From the NCBI RefSeq assembly GCF_017876815.1, contig NZ_JAGIOS010000002.1, positions 690,001 to 722,000 of the forward strand: a stretch of DNA of 32,000 bases. Reading direction: 5' to 3'. The stretch is from Sinorhizobium meliloti. Lineage in GTDB: Bacteria; Pseudomonadota; Alphaproteobacteria; Rhizobiales; Rhizobiaceae. The translations under genes and the position numbers were made by a program. The notes below the pieces were generated by a model, which was not told where the DNA came from, ran no database searches, and saw only the letters and a list, made by a program, of their open reading frames with translations. Below are positions 8,900 through 20,641 of the stretch, piece by piece (the stretch's first letter is position 1; each line of letters begins with the position of its first letter).

Positions 8900-9514
8900 T
8901 CAAATATCCAGGAAGACCGTTTCCTTCTCGCCCTGGAGATGAATGTCGAAGACATAATTAGGCGCCTGACCCGCCGCGACAAGCGTCTCGGCCCGGTGGC
9001 GGTGCTCGATGCGGGCAAGCAGCGGATCTTCGGCGTTCGCCGCCGCCTCGTCTGGGAAATACATGCGCGTGTGGAGGCCGATATTGATGCCGCGCGCGAC
9101 GATCCAGATGCTGATATGCGGGGCCATCAGCCGGCCGTCGCGGAATGGAACGCGGCCCGGCTTCACCGTCTCGAAAGTGAAGACGCCGCCCTCGTCGCTC
9201 GTCGGCGAGCGTCCCCAGCCGGTAAAGTTCGGGTCCGCCGTACCGCGCAGCTCCGACGGGGAATTGTAGAGCCCGGCTGCGTCCGCCTGCCAGATTTCGA
9301 GAAGTGCGTCCCTGAGGGGCATTCCGGCGCCGTCGATGACGCGACCGGTCACGGTGATGCGCTGACCGAGCGTCTTGTCGTTGACCATCGAAGCGCCGAG
9401 GTCGCCCTCATATACGCCGCCGATGCCGCAGAAATTCGGCGTCAAGCCGATATGGACATAGGGTCCGGCCGTCTGCGACGCGGTTTCCTTGAGGGTGCTG
9501 AGATCCTGAACCAT
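8900..9514 (-). CDS. pcaG: Protocatechuate 3,4-dioxygenase alpha subunit
   Basis: MVQDLSTLKETASQTAGPYVHIG.. is a typical PcaG N-terminus. ATG at 9512-9514. Lies next to pcaH. Confidence 0.93.
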   Translation of the reverse strand: MVQDLSTLKETASQTAGPYVHIGLTPNFCGIGGVYEGDLGASMVNDKTLGQRITVTGRVIDGAGMPLRDALLEIWQADAAGLYNSPSELRGTADPNFTGWGRSPTSDEGGVFTFETVKPGRVPFRDGRLMAPHISIWIVARGINIGLHTRMYFPDEAAANAEDPLLARIEHRHRAETLVAAGQAPNYVFDIHLQGEKETVFLDI

Positions 9515-9524
9515 CGGTGCGTCC

Positions 9525-10286
9525 TCAATTCCCTTCCGGCCGGTTTTCGAAGAAGGTCGAGCGGCGGCCACGCAGCACGATGTCGAACCTGTAGGCGCGC
9601 GCATCCATCGGCACGGTGTTGCCCCAGTCGAGAGCCGCGATCAGCTGCTCGATCGCCCGGCGGTCAGGGACCGTGCCGACGATCGGACATTTCCAGATCA
9701 TCGGATCGCCTTCGAAATACATCTGCGTGATCAGGCGCTGGGCGAAACCGTGGCCGAAGACCGAGAAATGGATATGGGCGGGCCGCCAGTCGTTGACCCC
9801 GTTCGGCCATGGATAGGCGCCGGGCCTGACCGTACGGAACCAGTAACGGCCTTCCTCGTCGGTGATCGTTCTGCCGCAACCGCCGAAGTTGGGATCCAGC
9901 GGCGCGAGATAGCTTTCCTTCTTGTGACGGTAGCGTCCGCCGGCATTCGCCTGCCAGAACTCGACGAGCACGCCATGAACCGGATGGCCGCGTTCGTCGA
10001 GGACGCGGCCATGGACGATGATGCGTTCGCCGATCGCACTTTCACCGGGACTGGCAAAGTTATGGATCAGGTCGTTGTCGAGCTCGCCCAACATCGAATG
10101 GCCGAAGACCGGTCCGGTGATCTCCGATATCGTGCCGTCGAGCGACAGCAGCGCCTTCTGCGGCGAACGCAGCACGGAGGTCTTGTAGCCGGGCGCGAAG
10201 GCCGGCGGGTGCCAGGCGCGGTCGCGGGCAAAAAAGGCGCCCGTTTCGGGCTTGCCGTTCCGTCTGCCATTTTGATTGTCGGGCAT
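9525..10286 (-). CDS. pcaH: Protocatechuate 3,4-dioxygenase beta subunit
   Basis: Intradiol dioxygenase motifs (..RYRHKKE..YPWPN..RPAHIHF..). ATG 10286 with GAGGGAGAAGG Shine-Dalgarno. The upstream part of the track ORF is Arg/Ser-rich junk. Confidence 0.93.
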   Translation of the reverse strand: MPDNQNGRRNGKPETGAFFARDRAWHPPAFAPGYKTSVLRSPQKALLSLDGTISEITGPVFGHSMLGELDNDLIHNFASPGESAIGERIIVHGRVLDERGHPVHGVLVEFWQANAGGRYRHKKESYLAPLDPNFGGCGRTITDEEGRYWFRTVRPGAYPWPNGVNDWRPAHIHFSVFGHGFAQRLITQMYFEGDPMIWKCPIVGTVPDRRAIEQLIAALDWGNTVPMDARAYRFDIVLRGRRSTFFENRPEGN

Positions 10287-10302
10287 CGTCCTTCTCCCTC
10301 GC

Positions 10303-10710
10303 CTATCGAGCAACCGTGCCGGCATCCATTTCCGCGAACACCTGCTTGACGATCTTGATCGCGTGATTGGCCGCCGGAACGCCTGCATAGATGGCGACAT
10401 GCAGCAGTGCCTCGCAAATATCCTCGCGCGTCGCCCCGGTATTGGCCGTGGCGCGGACATGCATGGCCACCTCCTCGTCCTGTCCGAGAGCGGCAAGCAG
10501 GGCGATGGTGACGATCGACCGCTCCCGCTTCGTCCAGCCGGGACGCGACCAGACATGCCCCCATGCCGCCTCGGTGATCAGCTCCTGGAAAGGACGGTCG
10601 AAATCGGTCGATGCCGACGCCGCCCGGTCGACGTGATTGTCGCCTAGAACGGCGCGGCGCGTCGCCATTCCCTGTCGGTAGCGCCCGGAAGGCGCAAGGG
10701 TATCGCTCAT
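10303..10710 (-). CDS. pcaC: 4-carboxymuconolactone decarboxylase
   Basis: 135-aa CMD/AhpD-like protein (..[15 protein letters not shown]..). Its ATG overlaps the pcaD stop (ATGA). Confidence 0.9.
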   Translation of the reverse strand: MSDTLAPSGRYRQGMATRRAVLGDNHVDRAASASTDFDRPFQELITEAAWGHVWSRPGWTKRERSIVTIALLAALGQDEEVAMHVRATANTGATREDICEALLHVAIYAGVPAANHAIKIVKQVFAEMDAGTVAR

Positions 10711-11513
10711 GGTTTGCCTCCAGACAACACGGATCGGAAGAAGCGTCTCAGCACCGACGACAAGGCTTCCGGCTGCTCGACGCAGGGTATATGTCCCGCC
10801 CCGCGGATCACTTCGAAGCGCGCGCCCGGTATGAGATCGGCCGTCGAGCGGACCAGATCGGGCGGCGTCGAACCGTCCTGGTCGCCGACGACGCAGAGCA
10901 CCGGAACCGCGATCCTGCCTGCGGCTTCCGTGAAATCGGCGTCGCGGATGGCGGCGCAGGTGCCGACGTAGCCCGGCACCGGCTGGCGGACCAGCATGTT
11001 GCGGTAGCCGGTGAAGGCGAGGTTTTCGGGCCGCCGAAAGGCCGGGGTGAACCAGCGTTCGAGCACGCCATCGGCGACCGCCTCGATGCCGTGCGCCTCG
11101 ATCGCCGTGATCCGGGCGTCCCAGAACTCGACGGTGCCGATCTTGTGGGCGGTGCCGGAAAGCACGAGCGCGCGCACGAGGTCGGGGCGGCGGCCGTAGA
11201 GCGATTGCGCGATGAGACCGCCCACCGAAAGTCCGCAAACAATCGCCTGTTTCACGGCGAGGCGATCGAGGAGTCCGGCGAGATCGGTCGCATGGTCCTC
11301 GATGGAATAGGGAACCTGGCCGATATCGGACAGCCCATGGCCACGCTTGTCATAGAGCACGATGGCAAAATCGCCGGCCAGCCGGAGGACGACATCGCGC
11401 CAGATACGGAAATCCGTGCCGAGCGAGTTGATGAAGACGAGCGCGGGCTTTTCCATGACCGCGCCAACCACGCGATAGTGAATCGTGACGTCGTTGATGC
11501 GGGTGAATTGCAC
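10707..11513 (-). CDS. pcaD: 3-oxoadipate enol-lactonase (alpha/beta hydrolase)
   Basis: GLSVGG nucleophile elbow and C-terminal GAGHIP. GTG start with GGAGGAG Shine-Dalgarno. First gene of the operon, divergent from pcaQ. Confidence 0.9.
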   Translation of the reverse strand: MQFTRINDVTIHYRVVGAVMEKPALVFINSLGTDFRIWRDVVLRLAGDFAIVLYDKRGHGLSDIGQVPYSIEDHATDLAGLLDRLAVKQAIVCGLSVGGLIAQSLYGRRPDLVRALVLSGTAHKIGTVEFWDARITAIEAHGIEAVADGVLERWFTPAFRRPENLAFTGYRNMLVRQPVPGYVGTCAAIRDADFTEAAGRIAVPVLCVVGDQDGSTPPDLVRSTADLIPGARFEVIRGAGHIPCVEQPEALSSVLRRFFRSVLSGGKP

Positions 11514-11584
11514 GGCAGTTCTCCTCCGTCGTCAGAATTGGATGTTTCATCCGGTTAGGTAAAATGATATTTCGTGGCTTTCCC

Positions 11585-11600
11585 TTAACCAGGGGGTTAT
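11585..11600 (-). promoter_or_regulatory. PcaQ (LysR) binding box; reads ATAACC-CCCT-GGTTAA toward pcaD
   Basis: The dyad is read directly. It matches my recollection of the ATAACC-N4-GGTTAA PcaQ site described for S. meliloti. Lies in the pcaD-pcaQ divergent spacer, 8 nt before the pcaQ start. Confidence 0.65.
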
Positions 11601-11607
11601 ACGATCC

Positions 11608-12549
11608 GTGATCGACGCTCGCGTTAAGTTTCGCCATCTGCAGACATTTGTCGAGGTCGCACGCCAGAAGAGCGTGGTGAAGGCGGCCGAACTCCTGCAT
11701 GTCACGCAACCGGCGGTCACCAAGACGATCCGGGAACTCGAAGAGGTTCTGGGCGTCGCGGTTTTCGAGCGCGAGGGGCGTGGCATCAAGATCACGCGCT
11801 ACGGCGAGGTCTTTCTGCGCCATGCTGGCGCCGCGCTGACGGCGCTGCGCCAAGGCCTCGATTCCGTCTCGCAGGAGCGGTCCGGCGAAGGCCCGCCGAT
11901 CCGCGTCGGTGCGCTTCCGACCGTTTCGACCCGCATCATGCCGCGCGCCATCGCGCTCTTCCTGAAAGAGAAGACCGGCGCACGCATCAAGATCGTCACC
12001 GGTGAAAACGCAGTGCTTCTCGAACAATTGCGCATCGGCGATCTCGACCTCGTCGTCGGCAGGCTCGCCGCTCCGGACAAGATGACCGGATTTTCGTTCG
12101 AGCATCTCTACTCGGAACAGGTGGTCTTCGCGGTGCGGGCCCGGCATCCGCTCATCTCCGGCAGGCAGTCTTTATTCGCGCATCTGAGCGACTATCCGGT
12201 GCTGATGCCTACCCGCGCCTCGATCATCCGCCCCTTCGTCGAGCATTTCCTGATCGCCAACGGCATTGCCGGCCTGCCGAACCAGATCGAGACCGTTTCC
12301 GACTCCTTCGGCCGGGCCTTCGTACGCTCCAGCGACGCCATCTGGATCATATCGGCGGGCGTCGTCGCCACGGATATCGCGGATGGCGTATTGGCGGCGC
12401 TGCCGGTCGACACGAGCGAGACGAGGGGACCCGTCGGGCTTACCATGCGCACCGACGCGATCCCGTCGCTGCCGCTCTCGATCCTGATGCAGACGCTGCG
12501 TGAAGCGGCGGGGACGGCGATGGCTGCGGAAGCAAAGAGGACGGCCTAG
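11608..12549 (+). CDS. pcaQ: LysR-family activator of pcaDCHGB
   Basis: N-terminal HTH (FRHLQTFVEVARQKSVVKAAELLHVTQPAVTKTIRELE). Divergent from pcaD. GTG start. Confidence 0.9.
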   Translation: MIDARVKFRHLQTFVEVARQKSVVKAAELLHVTQPAVTKTIRELEEVLGVAVFEREGRGIKITRYGEVFLRHAGAALTALRQGLDSVSQERSGEGPPIRVGALPTVSTRIMPRAIALFLKEKTGARIKIVTGENAVLLEQLRIGDLDLVVGRLAAPDKMTGFSFEHLYSEQVVFAVRARHPLISGRQSLFAHLSDYPVLMPTRASIIRPFVEHFLIANGIAGLPNQIETVSDSFGRAFVRSSDAIWIISAGVVATDIADGVLAALPVDTSETRGPVGLTMRTDAIPSLPLSILMQTLREAAGTAMAAEAKRTA

Positions 12550-12586
12550 CACTGGGGTTATCGAACCCCCTCTGGCCTGCCGGGCA

Positions 12587-12605
12587 TCTCCCCCACAAGG
12601 GGAGA
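12587..12605. terminator. Hairpin TCTCCCC-CACAA-GGGGAGA between convergent pcaQ and the dehydratase gene. Belongs to the same CCCC-ACAA-GGGG repeat theme as the 23517-23668 element.
   Basis: 7-bp perfect stem read directly. No U-tract on either strand. Confidence 0.3.
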
Positions 12606-12622
12606 CGACTCGCGGGAAGAAC

Positions 12623-14512
12623 CTAAAGGGCCGGCATCCCGGCGGGCCTAAGCGAGCGTTTCTGGGCGGCGATGCGGAAGGGCGCGTTGGCTGCGCCGTA
12701 GCCGCGATAACCGGCGCGCCGCTCGACAATTTCGAAGAAGAAGCCTTCTCCATAGGTCGGGCCGTAGATCTGGAAATACTCGCCATCCTCATCGCGGTCA
12801 TAGAGGATGCTCTCATCCCTGAGCCGGTCGACGAAGTCAGGTTCGAGCCCGAACCGCACCTCGATGTCGTCGTAATAGTTGCGCGAGATTGCCAATGGGC
12901 GAAAGCCGCTGCGGAGCATATGGTCGGCGGCTGCAAAGATATCGTCGGTGCGGAAGGCCACATGCTGGACACCCGAGCCAAAGCTCTCTGCGATGAAGTG
13001 GCCTGCCAGCGTGCGGTGGTTGTCCGCTCCGTTCAACGTCAGCCGAAGCGTCCCGCTCGCATTCTCAACGACCTGGCTGCGGATCAGACCGGCGGGATCG
13101 ACGATATCGACCTCTGCCAATTTGTCGGCATCGAGGATAGACGTGTAGAAGAGCAGCCAGCTCGGGAGCTCCTCCGCCTGCATGGATTGCGCCACATGGT
13201 CGATGGCGAGGAGCGGCGATGCGCCTTGGGGCGTCGCCCCCGACCAGACGAACTCGCGCGACCAGACGTCGTCGGCCTCGTCCAGGAAATAGATCAACCC
13301 GCCGCCAATGCCGCGGATTGCGGCCATCGCCCCCTCGCCTTCGTTCGCCTCGGGCAGAAATATTTCGGCGCCGAGCGCGCGAGAGCGTTCGATGGCGGCG
13401 GAGGCATCGGGTACTTTCAGGCCGACCGCATAGGCCGATGCCCCGTGCACCAGGTAGCTCGAATGAGCGAAGCCCTGCTGCTCGGTGTTGATGACAATGT
13501 TTACGCCTCCATGATCGCGACCCTGGCGCCATAGCGTCACCGATTTCTCGCGATGAGAGGCGACGGCGTGAAAACCCATGGTTCCCAGAAGCGAGCCGAG
13601 CGTCTCCGCCTCCGCCCGATCGGCGGTGAATTCCACGAATTCGACGCCCAGCACCTCCACCCGGTCGGGCATCGCCAGCGCGCCCTTCGCCACCGGCTCG
13701 CGCCGCCTGACCCGATCCATCAGATAGACCAGCGAACGATGCCCGTCCTCGGCGATCGCCCTGGGTGATCCGCCCCGGAACTGGTCGTTGAAGATTTCGA
13801 GCGACAGGGCGCCGTCATAGCCGGTCGCGGCGACAGCCTGCATGAAATCGACGACGGGAAGATCGCCTTCGCCGGGCATGTTGCGGAAATGGCGGCTGAG
13901 ATAAAGCAGATCCATCTCGATCCGCGGCGCGTCCGCGAGCTGAACGATGAAGATGCGGTCCCCCGGAATGGAGCGGATCGACCGCAGGTCGATATTGCGC
14001 GACAGGGTGTGGAAACTGTCGAGGATCAGCCCGATATTCGGGTGGTCCGCCCGCCGCACGATTTCCCAAGCATCCCGATGATCGTTGACATGTCGGCCCC
14101 AGGCAAGCGCCTCGTAGCCGACGCGCAAGCCGCGCCTGGCCGCCCTCTCGCCCAGCTCCCGCAGATCGTCGGCAGCGCGGTCGATGCCGCCCAATGCGAG
14201 CGGGGAAACGCTGGAACAGACGAGCATCAGTTCCGTTCCAAGCTCCTGCATCACGTCGAACTTGCGCTCCGCCCGGTCGAAAGCACGCGACCGGTGCGGT
14301 TCCGGCAGACCTTCGAAATCGCGGAACGGCTGAAAAAGCGTCACCTCCAGCCCGTGATCGCGGACCATGCGGCCGACCTCCGCCGGCGAACCGTCGAAGG
14401 TCAGGAAATCGTTCTCGAATATCTCCACGCCATCGAAGCCTGACGCAGCGACGGCGGCGAGCTTCTCCGAAAGAGTGCCGCTGATCGAAACGGTCGCGAT
14501 CGAGGTCTTCAT
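12623..14512 (-). CDS. quiC: 3-dehydroshikimate dehydratase, QuiC1-type fusion (N-terminal xylose-isomerase-like TIM barrel plus C-terminal HPPD/VOC-like domain)
   Basis: 629-aa two-domain architecture. N-terminus MKTSIATVSISGTL..GFDGVEIFENDF is typical of dehydroshikimate dehydratases; the C-terminal half is 4-hydroxyphenylpyruvate-dioxygenase-like. GAGGAG Shine-Dalgarno. Confidence 0.82.
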   Translation of the reverse strand: MKTSIATVSISGTLSEKLAAVAASGFDGVEIFENDFLTFDGSPAEVGRMVRDHGLEVTLFQPFRDFEGLPEPHRSRAFDRAERKFDVMQELGTELMLVCSSVSPLALGGIDRAADDLRELGERAARRGLRVGYEALAWGRHVNDHRDAWEIVRRADHPNIGLILDSFHTLSRNIDLRSIRSIPGDRIFIVQLADAPRIEMDLLYLSRHFRNMPGEGDLPVVDFMQAVAATGYDGALSLEIFNDQFRGGSPRAIAEDGHRSLVYLMDRVRRREPVAKGALAMPDRVEVLGVEFVEFTADRAEAETLGSLLGTMGFHAVASHREKSVTLWRQGRDHGGVNIVINTEQQGFAHSSYLVHGASAYAVGLKVPDASAAIERSRALGAEIFLPEANEGEGAMAAIRGIGGGLIYFLDEADDVWSREFVWSGATPQGASPLLAIDHVAQSMQAEELPSWLLFYTSILDADKLAEVDIVDPAGLIRSQVVENASGTLRLTLNGADNHRTLAGHFIAESFGSGVQHVAFRTDDIFAAADHMLRSGFRPLAISRNYYDDIEVRFGLEPDFVDRLRDESILYDRDEDGEYFQIYGPTYGEGFFFEIVERRAGYRGYGAANAPFRIAAQKRSLRPAGMPAL

Positions 14513-14615
14513 GCCGATCTCCTCTCGCTGGCCTCGTCCTTTGCCGGGTGTCAGGGCCGGCTTGCTTCCGGAAAAGGCGTAGCGTCGAAGGCTCGATGAT
14601 CGTCACTTCTTACCT

Positions 14616-14660
14616 ATACCGCAAATACCGTTTTTTCCGTCCTCCATACCGTTTTGTTAT
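14616..14660 (-). promoter_or_regulatory. Three ATACCG direct repeats (two extended to ATACCGTTTT) and a T-N11-A dyad (minus strand ATAACAAAACGGTAT) upstream of the dehydratase gene, overlapping the LysR stop codon
   Basis: Repeats at 14616-21, 14625-30 and 14646-51 read directly. Located in the 144-nt spacer before ATG 14512. Confidence 0.35.
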
Positions 14661-15577
14661 GCATCTCGGCCGCCACGCGAACGGCCGGTCGAGTCGTCCA
14701 TGACGCGGCGCAGCGTCGTCACCAACCGCTCGGCATAGCTGGACAGCGCGGCGTCGGCGCGATAGGCGACATAGGTCTGGAACTCCGTGTCCTCGCTGAT
14801 CGGAATGACGGCCAGTCCCTGGTCGGCCATACCGCCCACGGTGAAGGCGTCGATGACCGCGATGCCCAGATTCCGCTTGACCAGCGCACAAACCGTCGTG
14901 CCGAAACGCGCCCTGATCGGGGTACGATATTCGAGCTTCTCCCTCTCGAATATGCCCGCCATTATCGCCCCGTAGGGATCGCGCGGGTCGATACCGATGA
15001 GCGGATGCTCGGCGATCTCGCGGGCGGAAATCCTGGACCGCCCGGCAATCGGATGCTCCCTGGCGGCGATGCAGACGAGGTGCCCTTTGGACAGGGGCTC
15101 GAAAGTGATCGAAGGATGGGTGAGATGATAGCTCATCGCGACCAGCTCTCCCTTGCCGAGCAACAGGTAATCGATCGCCTCCTCTATCCTCAGAATATCG
15201 AAATTGATGCGGATGTCCGGATAACGCCGCATGAGCCCGGCGATGGCTTGCGGCATCATCGCATTCGCAATGCTCGGCACCGAGCCGAGCGCGAGTTCCA
15301 CACCTCGTCCGCGCTCCAGTTGGCCGATGGAGAATTGCAGGTCGTCGACCTTGCGATGAACTTCCTGGAGCTGGGCGAAGATGTCGCGCGCTTCGTCGGT
15401 CGGCACGTACCGGCCGGCCTTCTTGACGAAGAGCTTTATCCCCAGCGCGCTTTCGATATGCTTCATAGTCCGGCTGACGCCCGGCTGGGCGACATTCATC
15501 AGACGCGCCGCGCCGGCGATGGTGCCGGCGATCATCACCGCCCGGATCACTTCGATCTGGCGTAGCGTAAGCCCCAT
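14657..15577 (-). CDS. LysR-family transcriptional regulator (candidate regulator of quiC-like and/or pobA)
   Basis: HTH LRQIEVIRAVMIAGTIAGAARLMNVAQPGVSRTMKHIE plus a LysR substrate-binding domain. GGGAGGG Shine-Dalgarno. Confidence 0.9.
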   Translation of the reverse strand: MGLTLRQIEVIRAVMIAGTIAGAARLMNVAQPGVSRTMKHIESALGIKLFVKKAGRYVPTDEARDIFAQLQEVHRKVDDLQFSIGQLERGRGVELALGSVPSIANAMMPQAIAGLMRRYPDIRINFDILRIEEAIDYLLLGKGELVAMSYHLTHPSITFEPLSKGHLVCIAAREHPIAGRSRISAREIAEHPLIGIDPRDPYGAIMAGIFEREKLEYRTPIRARFGTTVCALVKRNLGIAVIDAFTVGGMADQGLAVIPISEDTEFQTYVAYRADAALSSYAERLVTTLRRVMDDSTGRSRGGRDA

Positions 15578-15668
15578 CGCACCCTCCCTGGCAGCTGCCT
15601 CACCGGCGGCAGTCGAGCAGAGCCGGTATCCCCGCGCAAGTAGCGTCCAGGAAGGTTTGCGCGCGGCC

Positions 15669-16904
<1,236 letters not shown>

Positions 16905-16996
16905 TTACAGATATCGTACATCGCCGGCGGCTCGGCTGTAGCGCTTTGATCTGCTGCATGCTTTTTTCCGTCAATCGCGATACGATCAAAGAAAAC

Positions 16997-17677
16997 ATGC
17001 AGGAGAGAGCAGTCGTGGCCGACGAAACACAGGCGCCGGAAACCAAGCTGACTTCCACGAAGCGCCGCTGGGCGGCCGACGGCAAGTTTCTCACCGGCCG
17101 CATTGCCCGTCCTGAGACGGACCGCCTGCCGCCCGGTCAGCATCTCGTCAGGGACTGGCCGGTTCTCGATCTCGGGCAGCAGCCGCACCTGACCCACGAG
17201 ACGTGGCGGCTCGACGTCACCGGCCTCGTCGAGAACCCGCTCTCGCTCGACTGGAACGCCTTCCAGGCGCTGCCTCAGAGCGACAGCCTGTCGGACATCC
17301 ACTGCGTGACGACCTGGTCGCGCTACGACAACAATTGGCACGGTGTATCCACGCGCGACCTCCTCGATCGCGTCATGCCGAAGCCCGAGGCCGCCTATGT
17401 CATGCTGACGAGCTTTGACGGCTACACCACCAACCTGCCGCTCGCCGATTTTGCCGCCGAGGACGCGATCCTCGCGACTGCCTGGGAAGGCGCGCCGATC
17501 ACGCGGGCCCATGGTGGGCCGATGCGCCTGGTGGTCCCGCATCTCTATTTCTGGAAAAGCGCCAAATGGCTGCAGCGCATCGATTTCCGCGCGGCCGATT
17601 CGGCAGGCTTCTGGGAGCGGAACGGCTACCACATGCGGGGCGACCCGTGGCTGGAGGAGCGCTATTCCGGCGATTGA
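16997..17677 (+). CDS. Sulfite-oxidase-family molybdopterin oxidoreductase, catalytic domain only (YuiH-like)
   Basis: ..DIHCVTTWSR.. (Mo-ligand Cys context), ..GGPMRLVVPHLYFWKSAKW... ATG 16997 is chosen as the first ATG before the conserved region; the start is uncertain. Confidence 0.8.
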   Translation: MQERAVVADETQAPETKLTSTKRRWAADGKFLTGRIARPETDRLPPGQHLVRDWPVLDLGQQPHLTHETWRLDVTGLVENPLSLDWNAFQALPQSDSLSDIHCVTTWSRYDNNWHGVSTRDLLDRVMPKPEAAYVMLTSFDGYTTNLPLADFAAEDAILATAWEGAPITRAHGGPMRLVVPHLYFWKSAKWLQRIDFRAADSAGFWERNGYHMRGDPWLEERYSGD

Positions 17678-17685
17678 CGCTGGAC

Positions 17686-17718
17686 CGGGATGAGGAAATG
17701 TGTGCGGTTTTCCGCCCG
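17686..17718. repeat. Dispersed intergenic repeat core, copy A (CGGGATGAGGAAA..TGCGGTTTTCCGCCCG)
   Basis: 13 + 16 nt identical to 19650-19684, with a 4/6-nt variable centre. Confidence 0.7.
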
Positions 17719-17887
17719 GAATTTCGGAAAAAGAGAGTTTCCGCGATTCGGAGAAAAAGCGGAAATGCTCTAACGCTCCGTCTTCGACTGTAACTCGTAA
17801 TTTTTGATGCTACAGTCCCCGGTTGAGGGAGCGGTAACGCATCCCCGCGCCGAACTTGAAGCCAACATTCCTGTCCGGGAGGAAAGC

Positions 17888-19633
<1,746 letters not shown>

Positions 19634-19649
19634 GGGGCGATGGCTAGAG

Positions 19650-19754
19650 CGGGATGAGGAAAAGTGCGTGCGGTTTTCCGCCCGCATCCCGCGCTAACCT
19701 ATTGAATCCATCACGTTCATGATTCTAGGCCGACTCGAGCCAGAATCATCGTGA
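19650..19754. repeat. Dispersed intergenic repeat, copy B. Has the GCGGGATG..CATCCCGC stem and a second GATTCTAGGC..GCCAGAATC stem, and fills the spacer between convergent ggt and pcaR.
   Basis: Core shared with 17686-17718. Inverted repeats 19649-56/19685-92 and about 19721-30/19739-47 read directly. Confidence 0.65.
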
Positions 19755-19755
19755 T

Positions 19756-20511
19756 CTAGCGAAACACAAGCCGCAACGCGGCTTGTGTTTCCCTGAGCAG
19801 CGGCAGAAAGCGCTCGGCCATCTCGCGGGCCGGCACGTGGGCGGCAGATGCGCCGATGTTCAGGGCCGCGAGCACCTGCCCGCGATCATTGGCGACCGGT
19901 ACCGCGATCGAGCAGAGGCCGAGCTCCAGTTCCTGGTCGATGATCGCATAGCCCTCGTCGCGAACCCGCCGCAATTCCGTCAAAAGCTCTTCCGGATCGG
20001 TTCGCGTCAGCGGTGTGTTCGCCTTCAATTCAGAACGTCCGAGAATGTCGCGTGCCTCGGCCTCGGGCAGTGCGGCAAGCAACACCCGCCCCATCGAGGC
20101 GCAGTAGGCGGGAAGACGCGAGCCGGGCGTCAGGTTGATCGACATCACCCGCCGCTGCGACGCGCGTGCCACATAGACGATCTCGGTGCCGTCGAGCACC
20201 GAGGCGGAGGCGCTCTGCCCGGCCTTTTCCGCGAGCTGGTCCAGGTAAGGCTGGACGATAGTCGGCAGCGGCGTCGCCGAAAGATAGGCATGGCCGAGCC
20301 TCAGGGTCTTCGGTGTGAGCGTGAAGAACTTGCCGTCGTAATCGGCGTAACCAAGCTGCGAAAGCGTCAGCAGAGATCGCCTGACGGTCGCCCGGTCGAG
20401 CCCGGTGATCTTCGCGGCATCGGCAATCGAAAGCCGCGGCTGCGCCTCGCCGAAGGCTTCGATCACCTTCAAACCGCGTGCAAAACCGCTGACGAAATCC
20501 GTTTCACGCAT
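19756..20511 (-). CDS. pcaR: IclR-family regulator of pcaIJF
   Basis: IclR HTH (..LSIADAAKITGLDRATVRRSLLTL..) and effector domain. Divergent from pcaI. ATG 20511 with GGAGGCAC Shine-Dalgarno. Confidence 0.88.
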   Translation of the reverse strand: MRETDFVSGFARGLKVIEAFGEAQPRLSIADAAKITGLDRATVRRSLLTLSQLGYADYDGKFFTLTPKTLRLGHAYLSATPLPTIVQPYLDQLAEKAGQSASASVLDGTEIVYVARASQRRVMSINLTPGSRLPAYCASMGRVLLAALPEAEARDILGRSELKANTPLTRTDPEELLTELRRVRDEGYAIIDQELELGLCSIAVPVANDRGQVLAALNIGASAAHVPAREMAERFLPLLRETQAALRLVFR

Positions 20512-20544
20512 TGTGCCTCCTGCCGATCTCTGGCCATCGTTTTT

Positions 20545-20577
20545 GTGCGTTATACGAACAAATGTCAAATACCGCAC
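20545..20577. promoter_or_regulatory. Candidate PcaR operator: GTGCGTTATACGAAC plus an inverted partial copy TGTCAAATACCGCAC (33-bp imperfect palindrome)
   Basis: Reverse complement of the first box is GTTCGTATAACGCAC. It resembles the 15-bp GTTCGATAATCGCAC PcaR box I recall from Pseudomonas putida. Lies just upstream of a sigma70-like promoter. Confidence 0.5.
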
Positions 20578-20585
20578 GAAGTAAA

Positions 20586-20614
20586 TTGACGCTTGCGAAG
20601 AACAGGCGCTTATT
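20586..20614 (+). promoter_or_regulatory. Putative sigma70-type pcaIJF promoter TTGACG-N17-CTTATT
   Basis: Resembles the rhizobial CTTGAC-N17-CTATAT consensus. Lies 28 nt upstream of ATG 20642. Confidence 0.4.
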
Positions 20615-20641
20615 CGGCTCGAACATCACCGGAGGAAAACG

